Origin: an uncultured Nitrososphaerales archaeon
GTDB taxonomy: Archaea > Thermoproteota > Nitrososphaeria > Nitrososphaerales > Nitrososphaeraceae
Direction of reading: 5' to 3'
Assembly (NCBI GenBank): GCA_963713605.1
Contig: CAVQMO010000001.1
Coordinates: 800,001 to 864,000, forward strand
DNA length: 64,000 bases
In this document: positions 1 through 10,966 of the stretch, one piece after another
How positions within the stretch are numbered: the first letter of the stretch is position 1
How the letters are laid out: the number at the start of each line of letters is the position of its first letter
Translations under genes and position numbers: made by a program
The notes under the pieces: model-generated
Told to the model about the DNA's origin: nothing
The model's input: only the letters and a program-made list of their open reading frames with translations
Database searches by the model: none

Positions 1-2
1 AT

Positions 3-362
3 CAGATTACAAGATCTAACGCAGGAAAGATAAAGGCAAAAATAGTTGCGGAAGCGGCAAATGGACCTACAACTCCAGATGCAGACGATATCTTGTTTGG
101 AAACAATGTGTTGGTTATTCCAGATATCCTAGCCAACGGAGGTGGAGTAACAGTTTCTTATTTTGAATGGTTGCAGAACTTACGAAGAGAGTATTGGAGT
201 GAGGAGGAAGTAAATACCAGGTTGGATTCTAACATATCGTCCGCATTCAATGATGTGTATAGCAATCACAAAGAATTCAACGTCAATATGAGAAAGGCTA
301 GCACATTACTTGCAATAAATAGAGTGGTCGAAGCAATGAAAATTAGAGGGCTATGGCCGTAG
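3..362 (+). CDS. gdhA: Glutamate dehydrogenase, C-terminal part (5' end outside window)
   Basis: Frame open from the window edge: [17 protein letters not shown]...[22 protein letters not shown], the Glu/Leu/Phe/Val dehydrogenase C-terminal motifs. Confidence 0.93.
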   Translation, partial: QITRSNAGKIKAKIVAEAANGPTTPDADDILFGNNVLVIPDILANGGGVTVSYFEWLQNLRREYWSEEEVNTRLDSNISSAFNDVYSNHKEFNVNMRKASTLLAINRVVEAMKIRGLWP

Positions 363-388
363 GATCTGTTTTTATTTAGTCGCACTTA

Positions 389-739
389 TCACTCAGTGCT
401 GAAAGAATGTCCACAAGAGCAACTCTTTGTGACATTAGGATTGTTTATTTTGAATCCTGATCCCATTAGACTTTCCACGTAATCAATATTGGCGCCATTC
501 AAATGCCTCTGGCTATAGGTATCTACCAAAACCTTGACCCCATTTTGCTCAATTACACTGTCATCATCATCAGGCTTTTCTTCGAAACCCATTCCATATG
601 ATAGACCAGAACATCCTCCACCTGACACATAAACGCGTAAGTAGAGATTAGTATTACCTTCCTGTTTCATAAATTCAGCTACCTTCTCTGCAGCTTTGTT
701 CGTTATAGTTACGTTTTGACTCTGTTGTGCACTTTCCAT
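389..739 (-). CDS. erpA: A-type iron-sulfur cluster carrier (HesB/IscA/ErpA family)
   Basis: LRVYVSGGGCSGLSY and NPN..KSCSCGHSF motifs. Confidence 0.92.
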   Translation of the reverse strand: MESAQQSQNVTITNKAAEKVAEFMKQEGNTNLYLRVYVSGGGCSGLSYGMGFEEKPDDDDSVIEQNGVKVLVDTYSQRHLNGANIDYVESLMGSGFKINNPNVTKSCSCGHSFSTE

Positions 740-837
740 ACTATCACGTACGGTAGAATAAATATAATAACTTTTGCTTGAAAATAAGAAGAATTTTTTA
801 TAGATGAATCGTCACTGGGTTACCAAATGTTGTCTGA

Positions 838-2955
838 TTAGGTAGATCGCACAAGTTGCCATTTTGCAAGGCTTCCCGCAGCCGTAGACCAAGTTGAAAC
901 AAAGTCGTACACTGGTATATTTTTAGTCTCTATCTCTGCAGCTATTTTTCGAGTAAATGGACCCCCCATCGCCCCTACCAGAATGGGTTTCTTCTTCAAC
1001 TTCTGAAACCCTGCGAGGACATCTACAATTGTCTCCTCTAGAGGGTCGTCTTGGAACACGAACCACGGCATTATGATATCTACATTCGGGTCGTCCATAA
1101 AGGCCTGAATAGCGAACTTGTAGTCATCCGCGTTAGCAGAGCCAGTTACGTCTAACGGGTTTCCTAGTACATAAGTTGCAGGGTAATGTTGCTTAAACGA
1201 ATTCATAGTTTCCTCAGAGAGAGTGGCTAGCTTTAATCCAAGATCTTCAAAACGGTCTATAGCCGCTATAATTGGCCCGGCTCCATTTGTAACCATGGCA
1301 ACCCTGTTCCCGGTGGGAACAGGCTGCCACGCCAAAGCCTTAAGTGATCCAGTAAGCTCCTCGTAACTATCGACGGATACTATGCCAGATTGTTGGAATG
1401 CTCCTTTGACGACTCCAAAGGAACCTCCCAATGAACCGGTGTGGGATGCGGCCTGAACTGCTCCTCTTGTAGACCGGCCATTCTTGAAGACCACTACGGG
1501 CTTTTTGTGTTCAGAAATCACCCTTTTTGCAGTAGTTACAAATTTTCTGCCGTCTCCTAATCCTTCGACGTACAAACCAATTACATCCGTATTGGGATCT
1601 TGGGCTAGGTACCATATCATATCTGCTTCGTCAACATCCGATCGGTTACCGTAAGAAATCATCTTGCTTGTTCCGAAGGTATCTGATGTCTCCATAAAAG
1701 CTATCCCAACTGTCCCACTCTGAGACAAGAAGGACACCTTCCCATTTTTGGGACGAACCATTCTTGCGTGACCCTGGAAGGCACAGTCTAAACGATTTTC
1801 GCCGTTGAACACTCCTATGCAGTTAGGGCCTATGATCCTTATACCAAGGTCCTGAGAAAGTTGCTTTATTTCTTGTTCTATCTCGGCCCTTTCTCCTCCA
1901 AGTTCTTTACCACCTCCTGAGATAATGACCATGTTGTGAATTCCCTTCATTCCGCAGGTCTTAAGCAACGCTGGAACAAACTTAAGATCAACCGTAACTA
2001 TAACGAGGTCAACCGATTCTTGGATCTCATCCAGGCCCTTGTATGCCTTTAAGCCCATTATTTCAGGATACCCTTTCGCGTTTACTGGAAAAATCTTGCC
2101 TCTGTACTCGTGTTTAGAAAGACTCTCGAGAACCGAATTTCCAATTTTCCCTTTCTCAGGAGACGCTCCAATCAAAGCGATTGATTTCGCATTAAAGAAA
2201 ACATCCATGTAGTTGGAATTGGGCTGAGCGTTTGAAATAACACTGGTATTCGGTTTGTCTTTAAGTAGAATTTTCGCATCAACTATATAGTAATTGTCTG
2301 GATATACGGTCATTGGGTTGAAATCTACGCTTTCAAAGAAGGGGGCTATGTCGACTCCTAAGTTCCCAATCTTTACCAAAGCCTCTGCCACCATCTCCAG
2401 GTCGACTGGTCGACTGCCTCTAAAGCCATGTAGAATTTGCTTTCCTTTTAGTCCCTCCAACATCTCCAGCGCATCCTGTTTGCCAATCGGCAGGACCCTA
2501 AAACTTACATCCTTAAATAACTCTGTATACACGCCACCTAGTCCACACATTATTACTGGCCCAAATTGAGGGTCGTTTTGTAAACCCACTATTAATTCCA
2601 CACCTGGAGGCACCATCTTTTCAAGTAAGATCCCTCGTATCTCAAAGTCCTTCCTTAGTCTGTCGTACATGTCATTGAATGCATTCACTACTTCGCCCTC
2701 CGAAGCAAGACCTGTTTTTACGCCTTGGACTTCCGTCTTGTGTAGTATCGAAGGGGAGACGACCTTTGCGACCAGCGGGAACCCAATGGTCGCACTTTCC
2801 TTGGCTGCCTGCTGGGAGCTGTTTACTATAACATAAGGGGGAACTTGAAGCCCGTACGCGGATAGGATCTGCTTTGCAAGATCCTCTGTGACTACTTTAT
2901 GCGGACCGGCTATTACCTCTGAAATAACACTTTGAACATCTTTCTTATCGTTCAT
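838..2955 (-). CDS. ADP-forming acyl-CoA synthetase (ATP-grasp domain first, then CoA-binding/ligase domains); likely 3-hydroxypropionyl-CoA synthetase of the thaumarchaeal HP/HB cycle
   Basis: ILHKTEVQGV, IIGPNCIG, SQSG and AASHTGSL (phospho-His) motifs; beta-alpha domain order and PWFVFQDDPLEET match my recollection of the Nitrosopumilus 3-HP-CoA ligase. Confidence 0.85.
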   Translation of the reverse strand: MNDKKDVQSVISEVIAGPHKVVTEDLAKQILSAYGLQVPPYVIVNSSQQAAKESATIGFPLVAKVVSPSILHKTEVQGVKTGLASEGEVVNAFNDMYDRLRKDFEIRGILLEKMVPPGVELIVGLQNDPQFGPVIMCGLGGVYTELFKDVSFRVLPIGKQDALEMLEGLKGKQILHGFRGSRPVDLEMVAEALVKIGNLGVDIAPFFESVDFNPMTVYPDNYYIVDAKILLKDKPNTSVISNAQPNSNYMDVFFNAKSIALIGASPEKGKIGNSVLESLSKHEYRGKIFPVNAKGYPEIMGLKAYKGLDEIQESVDLVIVTVDLKFVPALLKTCGMKGIHNMVIISGGGKELGGERAEIEQEIKQLSQDLGIRIIGPNCIGVFNGENRLDCAFQGHARMVRPKNGKVSFLSQSGTVGIAFMETSDTFGTSKMISYGNRSDVDEADMIWYLAQDPNTDVIGLYVEGLGDGRKFVTTAKRVISEHKKPVVVFKNGRSTRGAVQAASHTGSLGGSFGVVKGAFQQSGIVSVDSYEELTGSLKALAWQPVPTGNRVAMVTNGAGPIIAAIDRFEDLGLKLATLSEETMNSFKQHYPATYVLGNPLDVTGSANADDYKFAIQAFMDDPNVDIIMPWFVFQDDPLEETIVDVLAGFQKLKKKPILVGAMGGPFTRKIAAEIETKNIPVYDFVSTWSTAAGSLAKWQLVRST

Positions 2956-3143
2956 GGGTTAAAATAAAAAACTTTGTGGCTTCTAATTAACTTTACTTGG
3001 ACAAGCATGAAGAGATTGAACATATCGGTAAACATAATCACTACCAAATGAATCATGCAAATTAATATTAAATTCCAAGAGGATTCATGATTCTTTTCGC
3101 TAGAATAATGTGAAAGATTACGTTATTGCAGCTGTACTAAGGG

Positions 3144-3860
3144 TTACTTTATTGCAGCTACAATTACTGCTCCTCCTAACATATACTTCCTAAACTGGAC
3201 CTCTGAAAACTCTTTTTCTAGCATCTTCTTAAGTTCTGAATTCTTTGGCCATCGTTTATAAGTTCCATATAATGCCCTAAAGCCTAGTCCCTTACTGCCG
3301 GCTACCGCGAATGCAAGAAAACCTAACACATATCTCAGATACATACTAACTAGAGCATCCAAAAAGACCTGATCCGGCTTACCAAGATCTACAATCAACA
3401 ATCTTCCGTTAGGCTTCAGAATGCGGTGAAATTCTCCTATAGCATCTCTAAGATGAATAGCATCCCTTAATGAATATCCACATAATACCGCATCAAAAAT
3501 ATTGCTTCTGAAGGGCAAATATTCAAAAATGCCTGAAGATAATTCAATACTCAAATCAGTTGTGTCGTCAAGAGATCTTCCAGTTCGAAGCATTTCGATA
3601 ATTGGGTCATACAGAATTACTTCCAAATTATCATGCATTTCAATTCTGGCCAACTTAGACATATTACCAAAACCAGAACCCGCATCCAATATTCTATCTC
3701 CAAATTTTAGTTGTTTGTTCAAACACATTCTCCTATAGTCGGCATCCTTGCCAAGTGAAATCACTCTATTTACTCTGTTGTAGATAGGAATAATGCCTCT
3801 TAGCGTCGAGATAATTTCTGGCCAGTATGTTTTGCCCAGACCGGACATGGTAACCTCCAA
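3144..3860 (-). CDS. UbiE/MenG-family class I SAM methyltransferase
   Basis: ILDAGSGFG SAM motif, LPFRSNIFDAV, EFHRILKPNGRLLIVD; N-terminal YNRVNRVISLG typical of UbiE. Confidence 0.78.
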   Translation of the reverse strand: MEVTMSGLGKTYWPEIISTLRGIIPIYNRVNRVISLGKDADYRRMCLNKQLKFGDRILDAGSGFGNMSKLARIEMHDNLEVILYDPIIEMLRTGRSLDDTTDLSIELSSGIFEYLPFRSNIFDAVLCGYSLRDAIHLRDAIGEFHRILKPNGRLLIVDLGKPDQVFLDALVSMYLRYVLGFLAFAVAGSKGLGFRALYGTYKRWPKNSELKKMLEKEFSEVQFRKYMLGGAVIVAAIK

Positions 3861-4000
3861 TCAGGGTATGAAGAATATTATCTTTCTTAGAAACTGACGT
3901 GGTACGATTGGAGACAATTCCCATGTTTAACTATTCATAGTAAACAGTTTTAGCTTTCAGAACGACAAACCGACCGCAGTTCTCCAGCTGAATCCACCAA

Positions 4001-4673
4001 ATGTTGATTAATGACGTGTCAGAATATAGATCTGTGTCAGTTACTACTAACGAATATGTCTGTGGAGATTGTGGATCTCTATTACTTCATGAGAACCCAA
4101 ATACGCTTCAGAGCATGATAGATGTGCACAATCAGTTGTGCCCAGTGAAAAGGCAAAAAACTTTGTCAGGTCTAATGGTATCATCAAAGCCCTCTCCTCC
4201 CTCCAAGGTTACAGTACAGCAACCAGCCTCTCCTTCCATTGCCGCTCCCCAACCGCAAGTAACCCAAACCCCAGAAACTAACGCTCCCGCGGTCGGGAGG
4301 CGGTGCCACAACTGTATCTTTAACAGGTAGCGGAACAAATTACTCTAAAGTCGAAGGTCCAATTGACCCTGATTTTAAATCAAAGCGTAGTGTTGTTGGC
4401 ACATTCCAAGACATAAAGGTCTGGGGTGAAGTGGATCCTCCTGGACGATTGGGTATCTGGGGTTCAGAAGTTACAGTAGATTTTGATATCTGTGTAGCAG
4501 ATGGAGCTTGTATTGAAGCATGTCCTGTAAATGTTTATGAATGGCTTGATACTCCAGGACATCCTGCCTCTGAAAAGAAACCATTTATGATAAGAGAAAA
4601 GGATTGTATATTCTGTATGGCATGCGAAAATGTCTGTCCTCCTCAGTGTGTAAAGATCTTCAATAAGGCTTAG
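4001..4673 (+). CDS. Dicluster ferredoxin (Sulfolobus Zfx-like core) with an N-terminal CxxC..H..C zinc-finger and a Pro/Gln/Thr linker; one apparent frameshift near 4295
   Basis: The 4431 ORF frame is open upstream ([35 protein letters not shown]). Cluster motifs are [12 protein letters not shown] and [12 protein letters not shown]. Removing one G at GTCGGGAGG joins it to ORF 4001. Confidence 0.8.
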
Positions 4674-4779
4674 AGATAATAATCAGATAATCGAAGTCGT
4701 TGACCGCTGCCTACTATTACTTGGAGACGAGTTCAAAAATCTTAAACTCGTCAATCTAGTGAAGTTTCTGATCGTCGAA

Positions 4780-5269
4780 ATGCCAGCAGAACAATTTGAT
4801 CTAGTAGCCACAGGAGGCACATTCGATGAAATCCATGCCGGGCATCGGGAATTGCTAACTATGGCGTTCAGTTTGGGAAAATCAGTGCTGATAGGGGTCT
4901 CAAGTGACAATTTTGTGGCAGCAAAGAAAGGCAAAAATAGAATAATTCACAGGTTCGAAACTAGAGTAGATACGATTAATTCAATTCATTAATGATGAGT
5001 TTGGAAATGTCAATTTCGAGATTAAAGAGTTAAATGACGATTTTGGACCTACAAGCACGGACAGAAATCTCCAAGCTCTTGTTGTCAGCGAAGAAACTGA
5101 ACAGAAGGGGCATGAAATTAATAGGATTCGGTCAAAGAAAGGATTTGCCCCTTTGGTAATCGTCACTGTCGCAATGTTAAAGGCAGAAGACGGTCGACCA
5201 CTCTCATCATCTCGAATTCGCTATGGAGAAATTGATAGGTACGGGAGAGTCTTAAGGAAGTGGAGTTGA
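4780..5269 (+). CDS. coaD: Archaeal phosphopantetheine adenylyltransferase (apparent frameshift ~4985)
   Basis: GGTFDEIHAGH (HxGH); the second frame gives LNDDFGP, ALVVSEET and AEDGRPLSSSRIRYGEID, with stop TGA at 5267-5269. Confidence 0.88.
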
Positions 5270-5450
5270 TAAGAGGAATATTCGATCTTACAACCGAAAC
5301 TTTTTCAGTCACCGCTAAATCTATGTATTAGATACTGATTTACTTGACTAGGAAGGTGTCAGTTTTGGGGATTAGAGTGGCCACCCAGCCATGCTAACGG
5401 GATGAGTTGGAGGGAGACTACAATTAAGGGCAGACATTTAAAATGAATAT

Positions 5451-5762
5451 TTATCCTATATCTATCTGGACGGTATTTCTATGTGTACGAATGGACAGGG
5501 GCTTTCTCCCCTCAAATAGCATCATATAGACAGTCTTTTGAAGCCTTACAGCGGATTCTTTGTCCGACATCATTATGCTATGCGAACTATCATCATCTAA
5601 AACTACTATCAGTTCCCTCTCGCCGACGGTAGATACATGTTTGAGGTTATGCTGTTCTCTATTTGGGGATAATATCCACATCAGTTTCTCAGCCTCGTAC
5701 TCGTCCTCACAAACGATATCTTGTGTGTTCCTGGTAGAGCTATTCAAAGGGATTTTCCTCAT
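5451..5762 (-). CDS. Hypothetical protein (~103 aa) downstream of trpS
   Basis: ORF from the ATG at 5762 (MRKIPL...) overlaps the trpS stop; protein-like composition. Confidence 0.55.
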   Translation of the reverse strand: MRKIPLNSSTRNTQDIVCEDEYEAEKLMWILSPNREQHNLKHVSTVGERELIVVLDDDSSHSIMMSDKESAVRLQKTVYMMLFEGRKPLSIRTHRNTVQIDIG

Positions 5763-6922
5763 AAAGAAACGAATCGATTTGATTCCTTGCTTGGTCTCTT
5801 CGCCTAGTAAACTCTGACATAAACAACTTTGTCTGAGTTGTAAGATCAGATTTACATTCCCCACATAATAGATTACCTGTTCTACATTTCAGAGATCGTT
5901 CAAAGGAATCCTTTCCGTCGTCAAAGAAATGGCTTAAGTACCAAAATACTGGACATGCATCTGGATCTCCTCCCAGTATCCTTTGGAGTCTAACCGACGG
6001 TTGCCCTCCAGTGTACGCGCCTGAAATCTTGCTTTCAATTGTTTCTGGGTCGTCGGTTGTAAAAATAGCACCGGTTGGGTTTGAAGATGACATCTTGCCA
6101 TTCATTTCAAGACTTGGTACAAACTTGCTGTGAATTTGTGCCGGTTTATGGTATCCCATCTTCTCTGCGATGTCTCTTGTAATCCTCCAGTAAGGGTCTT
6201 GATCAATTGGAGCAGGGATTAACACACGCGTGGGTTTCTTTTCGATCAACGACGGCAAAAAACAAGGGGCAGCCTGAATAGCGGGAAACCCTATCATCCC
6301 AATATTAGACGAAGGTTTATACCCAAATACGGCTTTTGCAGTAGAAAAGGTTATCTTTTTTGCGATCTCTAGATAGAGAGGATATAAAGTTTGTATGTTT
6401 CTTGTATTCACTATAATTCGAGTCAGCTTGGGGTCGAATCCAGTTGCTATGACATCGAGGATATTGTCGTACGCGTACTTCTCTACTTCTTGTAAGCTGA
6501 AGGTGTTGACTATAGAGGAATTTTTCGTCATCGGTAATCTGAAATAACAGCCTGGATCGAAATGTGTCTTGTAGATACTTCGTGAAAAACCAAGGCATTA
6601 AGTGACCCATATGAACATGGCCAGAAGGCCCTCTGCCGGTATAGAGGTAAAAATTTTCACCATTTCTATATGCGTCTAATACTACGTCAAAATCCCTGTG
6701 GGAAAAAAAGAAGCCACGTGCTAAGAGAGGATGAATGCTTCCGGAAAACATCTGCAATTTCTCGATAATTTCAGGAGTGATTAACCGGGTGCCGAAATCT
6801 TGGACAATCTTATTGTAGTCAACAACTCCATCGACTTGCCAAGGCGTAACGCTATACCCTCCTTCCAAATTACCAGCTTCATTACCTCCTGATTCTTCGA
6901 TTTCCTCGTCTCGTTCACCCAT
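5740..6922 (-). CDS. trpS: Tryptophanyl-tRNA synthetase (apparent frameshift ~6495)
   Basis: VTPW, LYTGRGPS, HMGH (HIGH) in ORF 6317..6922; IDQDPY and KMSSS in ORF 5740..6531. Confidence 0.95.
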
Positions 6923-6997
6923 ATTGAATTATTTCACGACCATAAGCTGATTAAACGTTTAAAAAGTGTTCTTCGCTGAGAAGAATAAAAACACATT

Positions 6998-8510
6998 ATG
7001 ACTTATAAAGTAACTGCATTACATCCTATCGAGAAAAAGATTCTCCAACTATTGGTTAAGAATGGCTCCCTCACAGTTGATGCCTTGTCAGAAAAAGTGC
7101 GGCTTGACCGTCGACCAGGTGAGGAGAGGAGTGGAACGGCTAAAATACAAGAAACTCATTCTGATCACTCAGGATTTATCTGTCCTCTATGAATTGGATG
7201 ACCGGGGCAAATCTGCTTTAGTCAAAGGATTACCTGAGAGGAGGCTGGTTAGTGCCATTCAGTTAGAACCCGATAAAGGGATTGCAATGCTCGCAAAAAC
7301 ACAGGTTTTTGAGAAGGATGAGCTGAGTGCGGCTATCCGGATTGCGAGAGATCAAAACCATTGGTTGCTTCAAGTTTCTGGCGATAAAAACAAAGGTAAT
7401 CTGAGAATTAGCCAGTCAGTATCAGAAACTTCGTCAGAAGAGCAAGTTATAGAGCGATTCAGAAGTGTCCAGCGTGTCTCTGAAAATGGATTAAATGACT
7501 TTGAAAAGAAGGGTGTTGAGCTTCTCTTAAGGAGACCAAATTATCTAAAAAAGATTCAGCAACAAACTGTTACTGCCTCGTTAACAGAGATTGGGAGGTC
7601 GGTGGCTGCAGAGATAACTGTACCCACATCCCCTCAGACAGAATTCGTTAGTTCAAAGGCTAGAGCAGGAGGTAGACCAGAAAGTTTTGCATTAGACCTT
7701 CAAGCTGCAGTTAAAGCAGCGGTGCCAGGGAAAACGCATCCATTAACGGATTTAATTGCAGAAATTAGAGATATTTTCGTGAGCATGGGCTTCGCAGAGA
7801 TAGAAGGTGACATCATCCAGACTTCCTTTTGGAACTTTGATGCATTGTTTACACTTCAGGATCATCCCGCTAGAGAAATGCATGATACATACTATCTCTC
7901 TGGGCACAGGAGGGTAGAGGAAATAGCAAGCAAGGAGCAGATCGCAAATGTTTCTAAAATACATAACAAGAATTCAATTAATGCTTGGGATATTCGGGAG
8001 TCTAACCGTCTAGTTCTACGTACTCATACGACTCCAATCACACTGAAGTATCTGGCAGACAACCAACCTAACGAGGCAAAGCTCTTCTCTGTGGGGACTG
8101 TGTTTCGAAATGAAAAAGTAACAAAAGGTCACCTCTCCGAATTTTTTCAAATTGAAGGCATAGTTACCAAACCGGACGCCTCCGTCAGGGATCTAATGGG
8201 ATTACAAACGGAATTCTACCACAAATTAGGAATACAAAAAGTAAAGTTTTGGCCTACATTTTTTCCGTACACTGAACCATCGTTACAATCGATGGTATAT
8301 ATCGAAAGTGTCAACAAATGGTTGGAACTCTTTGGGATGGGAATATTTAGGGATGAGGTTACCCTTCCCATGAAAATCAAGAATCCAGTTCTGGCTTGGG
8401 GAGGCGGGCTCGAGCGGTTGGCAATGGTACGATTTGGCATAGATGATATAAGAACACTTTACAGCAACAAGATCGAGTGGTTAAGGAGTGTTCCCAAATG
8501 CCAGTTGTAG
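6998..8510 (+). CDS. pheS: Phenylalanyl-tRNA synthetase alpha subunit (apparent frameshift ~7100)
   Basis: FWNFDALF.QDHPAREMHDT, LRTHTT, FRNE, FPYTEPS, AWGGGLERLAM; N-terminal part in ORF 6998. Confidence 0.95.
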
Positions 8511-10171
8511 AAGTACCACTAACTATCCTTACAAAGTCATTCCCCAACAACTCCATTGAAGATATCATCGCCTCCCTACCCTTCATAGGCCTCGATATAG
8601 AAGGTAGAAATGATAAGCTTATTAGATTAGAATATAACCCGAATCGGCCAGACTTTTCATCCTATATCGGAATAGTGCGTGCACTTAAGGGGTATCTTGG
8701 ATTAGAAACTGGACTTCCCAAATATAGAATAAATAATGATAAGAGGTTTCAGATCGAGATAAGTGGTTCTGTAAGATCAATCAGACCCTATATTAGGGCC
8801 TTAGTGGCAAAGAATATAGAATTAGATAGGGACCTTATCAAGATGCTAATAGGTATGCAAGAAGATTTGCATATGGGATTATGTAACAGGAGAAAGTCTG
8901 CATCAATAGGTCTACATAATCTCGAAAAGATTCGGTTTCCACTCTATTACTCGGCGGCTAGTTCCGAAATTTCATTCGTGCCTCTAGATTCCAGTCAAGC
9001 CCTTTCGCTCAATGAGATCTTGAGCTCAACGGATGTTGGTAAGAAGTATTCGTATTTGCTTGAAAAGAAAAGTGAGTTTCCTATTTTGCTGGATACCGAA
9101 AAGCAAGTTGTATCATTTCCGCCCATAGTGAATTCCAAGAATACCAGATTAGACCACCGATCGAAGGGAATATTTGTTGAGGTCACTGCAATCGACCCGA
9201 AAATAGCAGATCTTGTCTCAGCTATATACGCTGCAACATTGTACGATATGAACTTCCAGGTTTATCACGTTACATTGAATGAAACAAATGGTTCCTCAAT
9301 CAAATCGCCTGATATGAGTCCCTCGTCAGTATCAGCCAGCTTTATGGAAATTAATAGATCACTAGGAACCAAGTTTCCTCGAGGGGAGATCGTTAGAGCT
9401 GCAGCTCGTAGCCGGTTAGGCGCCAGAGATTCGGCACATGGTAAGCTCACATGTACTGTACCTAGGTACAGAAATGATGTTAGGCAAGTTAGAGACTTGA
9501 TTGAGGAGGTGATGATCGGGGTTGGAATATCTAAACTTTCCCCGACGTTACCACTGATTAATGTAACTGGAAGTAGGAACACAAACTCGGTTCTTATCGA
9601 TAAGATCAAAGAGGTATTGGTTGGGCTTGGGCTATTGGAGACCAGAAACTTTGTTATAGTTTCGAGGTTTCTGCAGTTTGATTCCATGGGTCTGAAGCCC
9701 GAAGAATCGTCAATTTTTAAGATTGAAAATTCTCTGGTTTCCGGACATGACATATTGCGCAATTCTCTACTTCCGTCGCTTGTCGATACCATTGGACACA
9801 ATATCCATAGCTCATATCCTCAGAATATCTTTGAGATTGGCATGGTATTTAAAAAAGGAGAACCTGAAACGGAAAAATGGCACCTTTGTGTAGCTCTTGC
9901 TTCTAATAGAGCTGACTACACTAGTATCAAATCGCTTTTGCAGGCTTTTCTGAAAGTCACTTTTGGTAAAGACGTTGCGACAAGACCGAACTCTTACAGC
10001 GAGGAATACGCCAATGGTCGTTCCGCGAATATTATAGTGGAAGGAAGCGAAGTGGGTAAAATAGGTGAAATTAGTGATTTCGTCAGGCAAAATCATAGGA
10101 TACGTGTGCCTGTGGCTGCCTATGAAATAGACCTTTCTCATTTTTTCAACTCATTTCGAAGATCAGTGTGA
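8498..10171 (+). CDS. pheT: Phenylalanyl-tRNA synthetase beta subunit
   Basis: MPVV start overlapping pheS; NPNRPD, QEDLH, SFPPIVN, VPRYRND, LRNSLLPSL. Confidence 0.95.
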   Translation: MPVVEVPLTILTKSFPNNSIEDIIASLPFIGLDIEGRNDKLIRLEYNPNRPDFSSYIGIVRALKGYLGLETGLPKYRINNDKRFQIEISGSVRSIRPYIRALVAKNIELDRDLIKMLIGMQEDLHMGLCNRRKSASIGLHNLEKIRFPLYYSAASSEISFVPLDSSQALSLNEILSSTDVGKKYSYLLEKKSEFPILLDTEKQVVSFPPIVNSKNTRLDHRSKGIFVEVTAIDPKIADLVSAIYAATLYDMNFQVYHVTLNETNGSSIKSPDMSPSSVSASFMEINRSLGTKFPRGEIVRAAARSRLGARDSAHGKLTCTVPRYRNDVRQVRDLIEEVMIGVGISKLSPTLPLINVTGSRNTNSVLIDKIKEVLVGLGLLETRNFVIVSRFLQFDSMGLKPEESSIFKIENSLVSGHDILRNSLLPSLVDTIGHNIHSSYPQNIFEIGMVFKKGEPETEKWHLCVALASNRADYTSIKSLLQAFLKVTFGKDVATRPNSYSEEYANGRSANIIVEGSEVGKIGEISDFVRQNHRIRVPVAAYEIDLSHFFNSFRRSV

Positions 10172-10694
10172 AATGTCCGTTATCTATGTGAACTACGAGC
10201 GTGATTAAGTGAGTATTTTTAGCGAAGTCATCATCGACGATTTCAATATCGTTGTAAATTTGAGCCTCAAGGGCTCCATCTACGCAGGTTGTAGTCGACT
10301 AGTTTTTATATTTGCGTGCACAATTACTGGAATTTTCAACCAGCTTTGTTAAATGCTTCTATGGTCTGACATAAATGAGAACTGGTATCGTACCCATTTG
10401 TTTCATCGTGCGGTCTTTCCAGAATACCAAAATCATGAGTACCTGTCTTTATAAGTAACGCTACATGTCAGCATAGGCCATTTAGTAAGGACTTTTGAAA
10501 TATTTTCTTGTTCAACATGGACCCATCGCTCAGACCGTAGTAGTATTATTCAAATATATACGTCTACAATCTCCCTTGTTATCCCCGTTAGAGAGTACGC
10601 TAGGAGGGAATACACATGAGTGTAACAGGCTACCAATGAATAGTAGTGGGTCAGAGGCGGGGGACATTTTATCAACATTTCGATTCACCTAAAA

Positions 10695-10868
10695 TCACCT
10701 AAAATCATCTATCACATTTTTTATAATAGACTTTGCTTCAGAAGAAATATCATAATCGGCTAGCACTTTGGTTGGTTCTGTAAGCAAGAGTCTTCTGAAA
10801 TTTGGTTCGCTAGCTGCCCTAAGAAGTATTTCGCCCACAATTTTAACATCCCCGTTTCTGATTCCCAA
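10695..10868 (-). CDS. 57-aa NHLP-clan (nitrile-hydratase-leader-like / Os1348-like) small protein; candidate RiPP precursor or leader
   Basis: My translation from TTG: MGIRNGDVKIVGEILLRAASEPNFRRLLLTEPTKVLADYDISSEAKSIIKNVIDDFR*. It has the pattern I..RA..(D/E)P.FR..LL.(D/E)P..L..Y and is divergent from ycaO. Confidence 0.68.
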   Translation of the reverse strand: MGIRNGDVKIVGEILLRAASEPNFRRLLLTEPTKVLADYDISSEAKSIIKNVIDDFR

Positions 10869-10966
10869 TCAGAATCATGCTATATATGGAATCTTAATTT
10901 GTGCCTTTCTACCTATAGTACACCACAAGAACATTATTATTCTGAAAATTTGATTCCGATTATGTA

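Noticed and set aside
5340..5440. Purine-rich intergenic stretch as a small RNA
   Set aside because: No complete C/D box set or convincing stem identified by eye
5740..8510. Programmed frameshifting or genuinely split trpS and pheS
   Set aside because: No shared slippery motif, and the window-wide indel rate explains the breaks
10180..10692. ORF fragments between pheT and the NHLP-like gene
   Set aside because: Short, stop-interrupted frames with no recognisable family; cannot be supported
10685..10707. 10-bp tandem repeat (TCACCTAAAA) at the stop of the NHLP-like ORF as a truncation hiding a core peptide
   Set aside because: Removing one copy leaves the same TGA stop, and the alternative downstream frames give no convincing core
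10768..10953. Plus-strand 61-aa ORF upstream of ycaO as a RiPP precursor
   Set aside because: No leader-like features; it is largely the antisense shadow of the more convincing 57-aa minus-strand ORF
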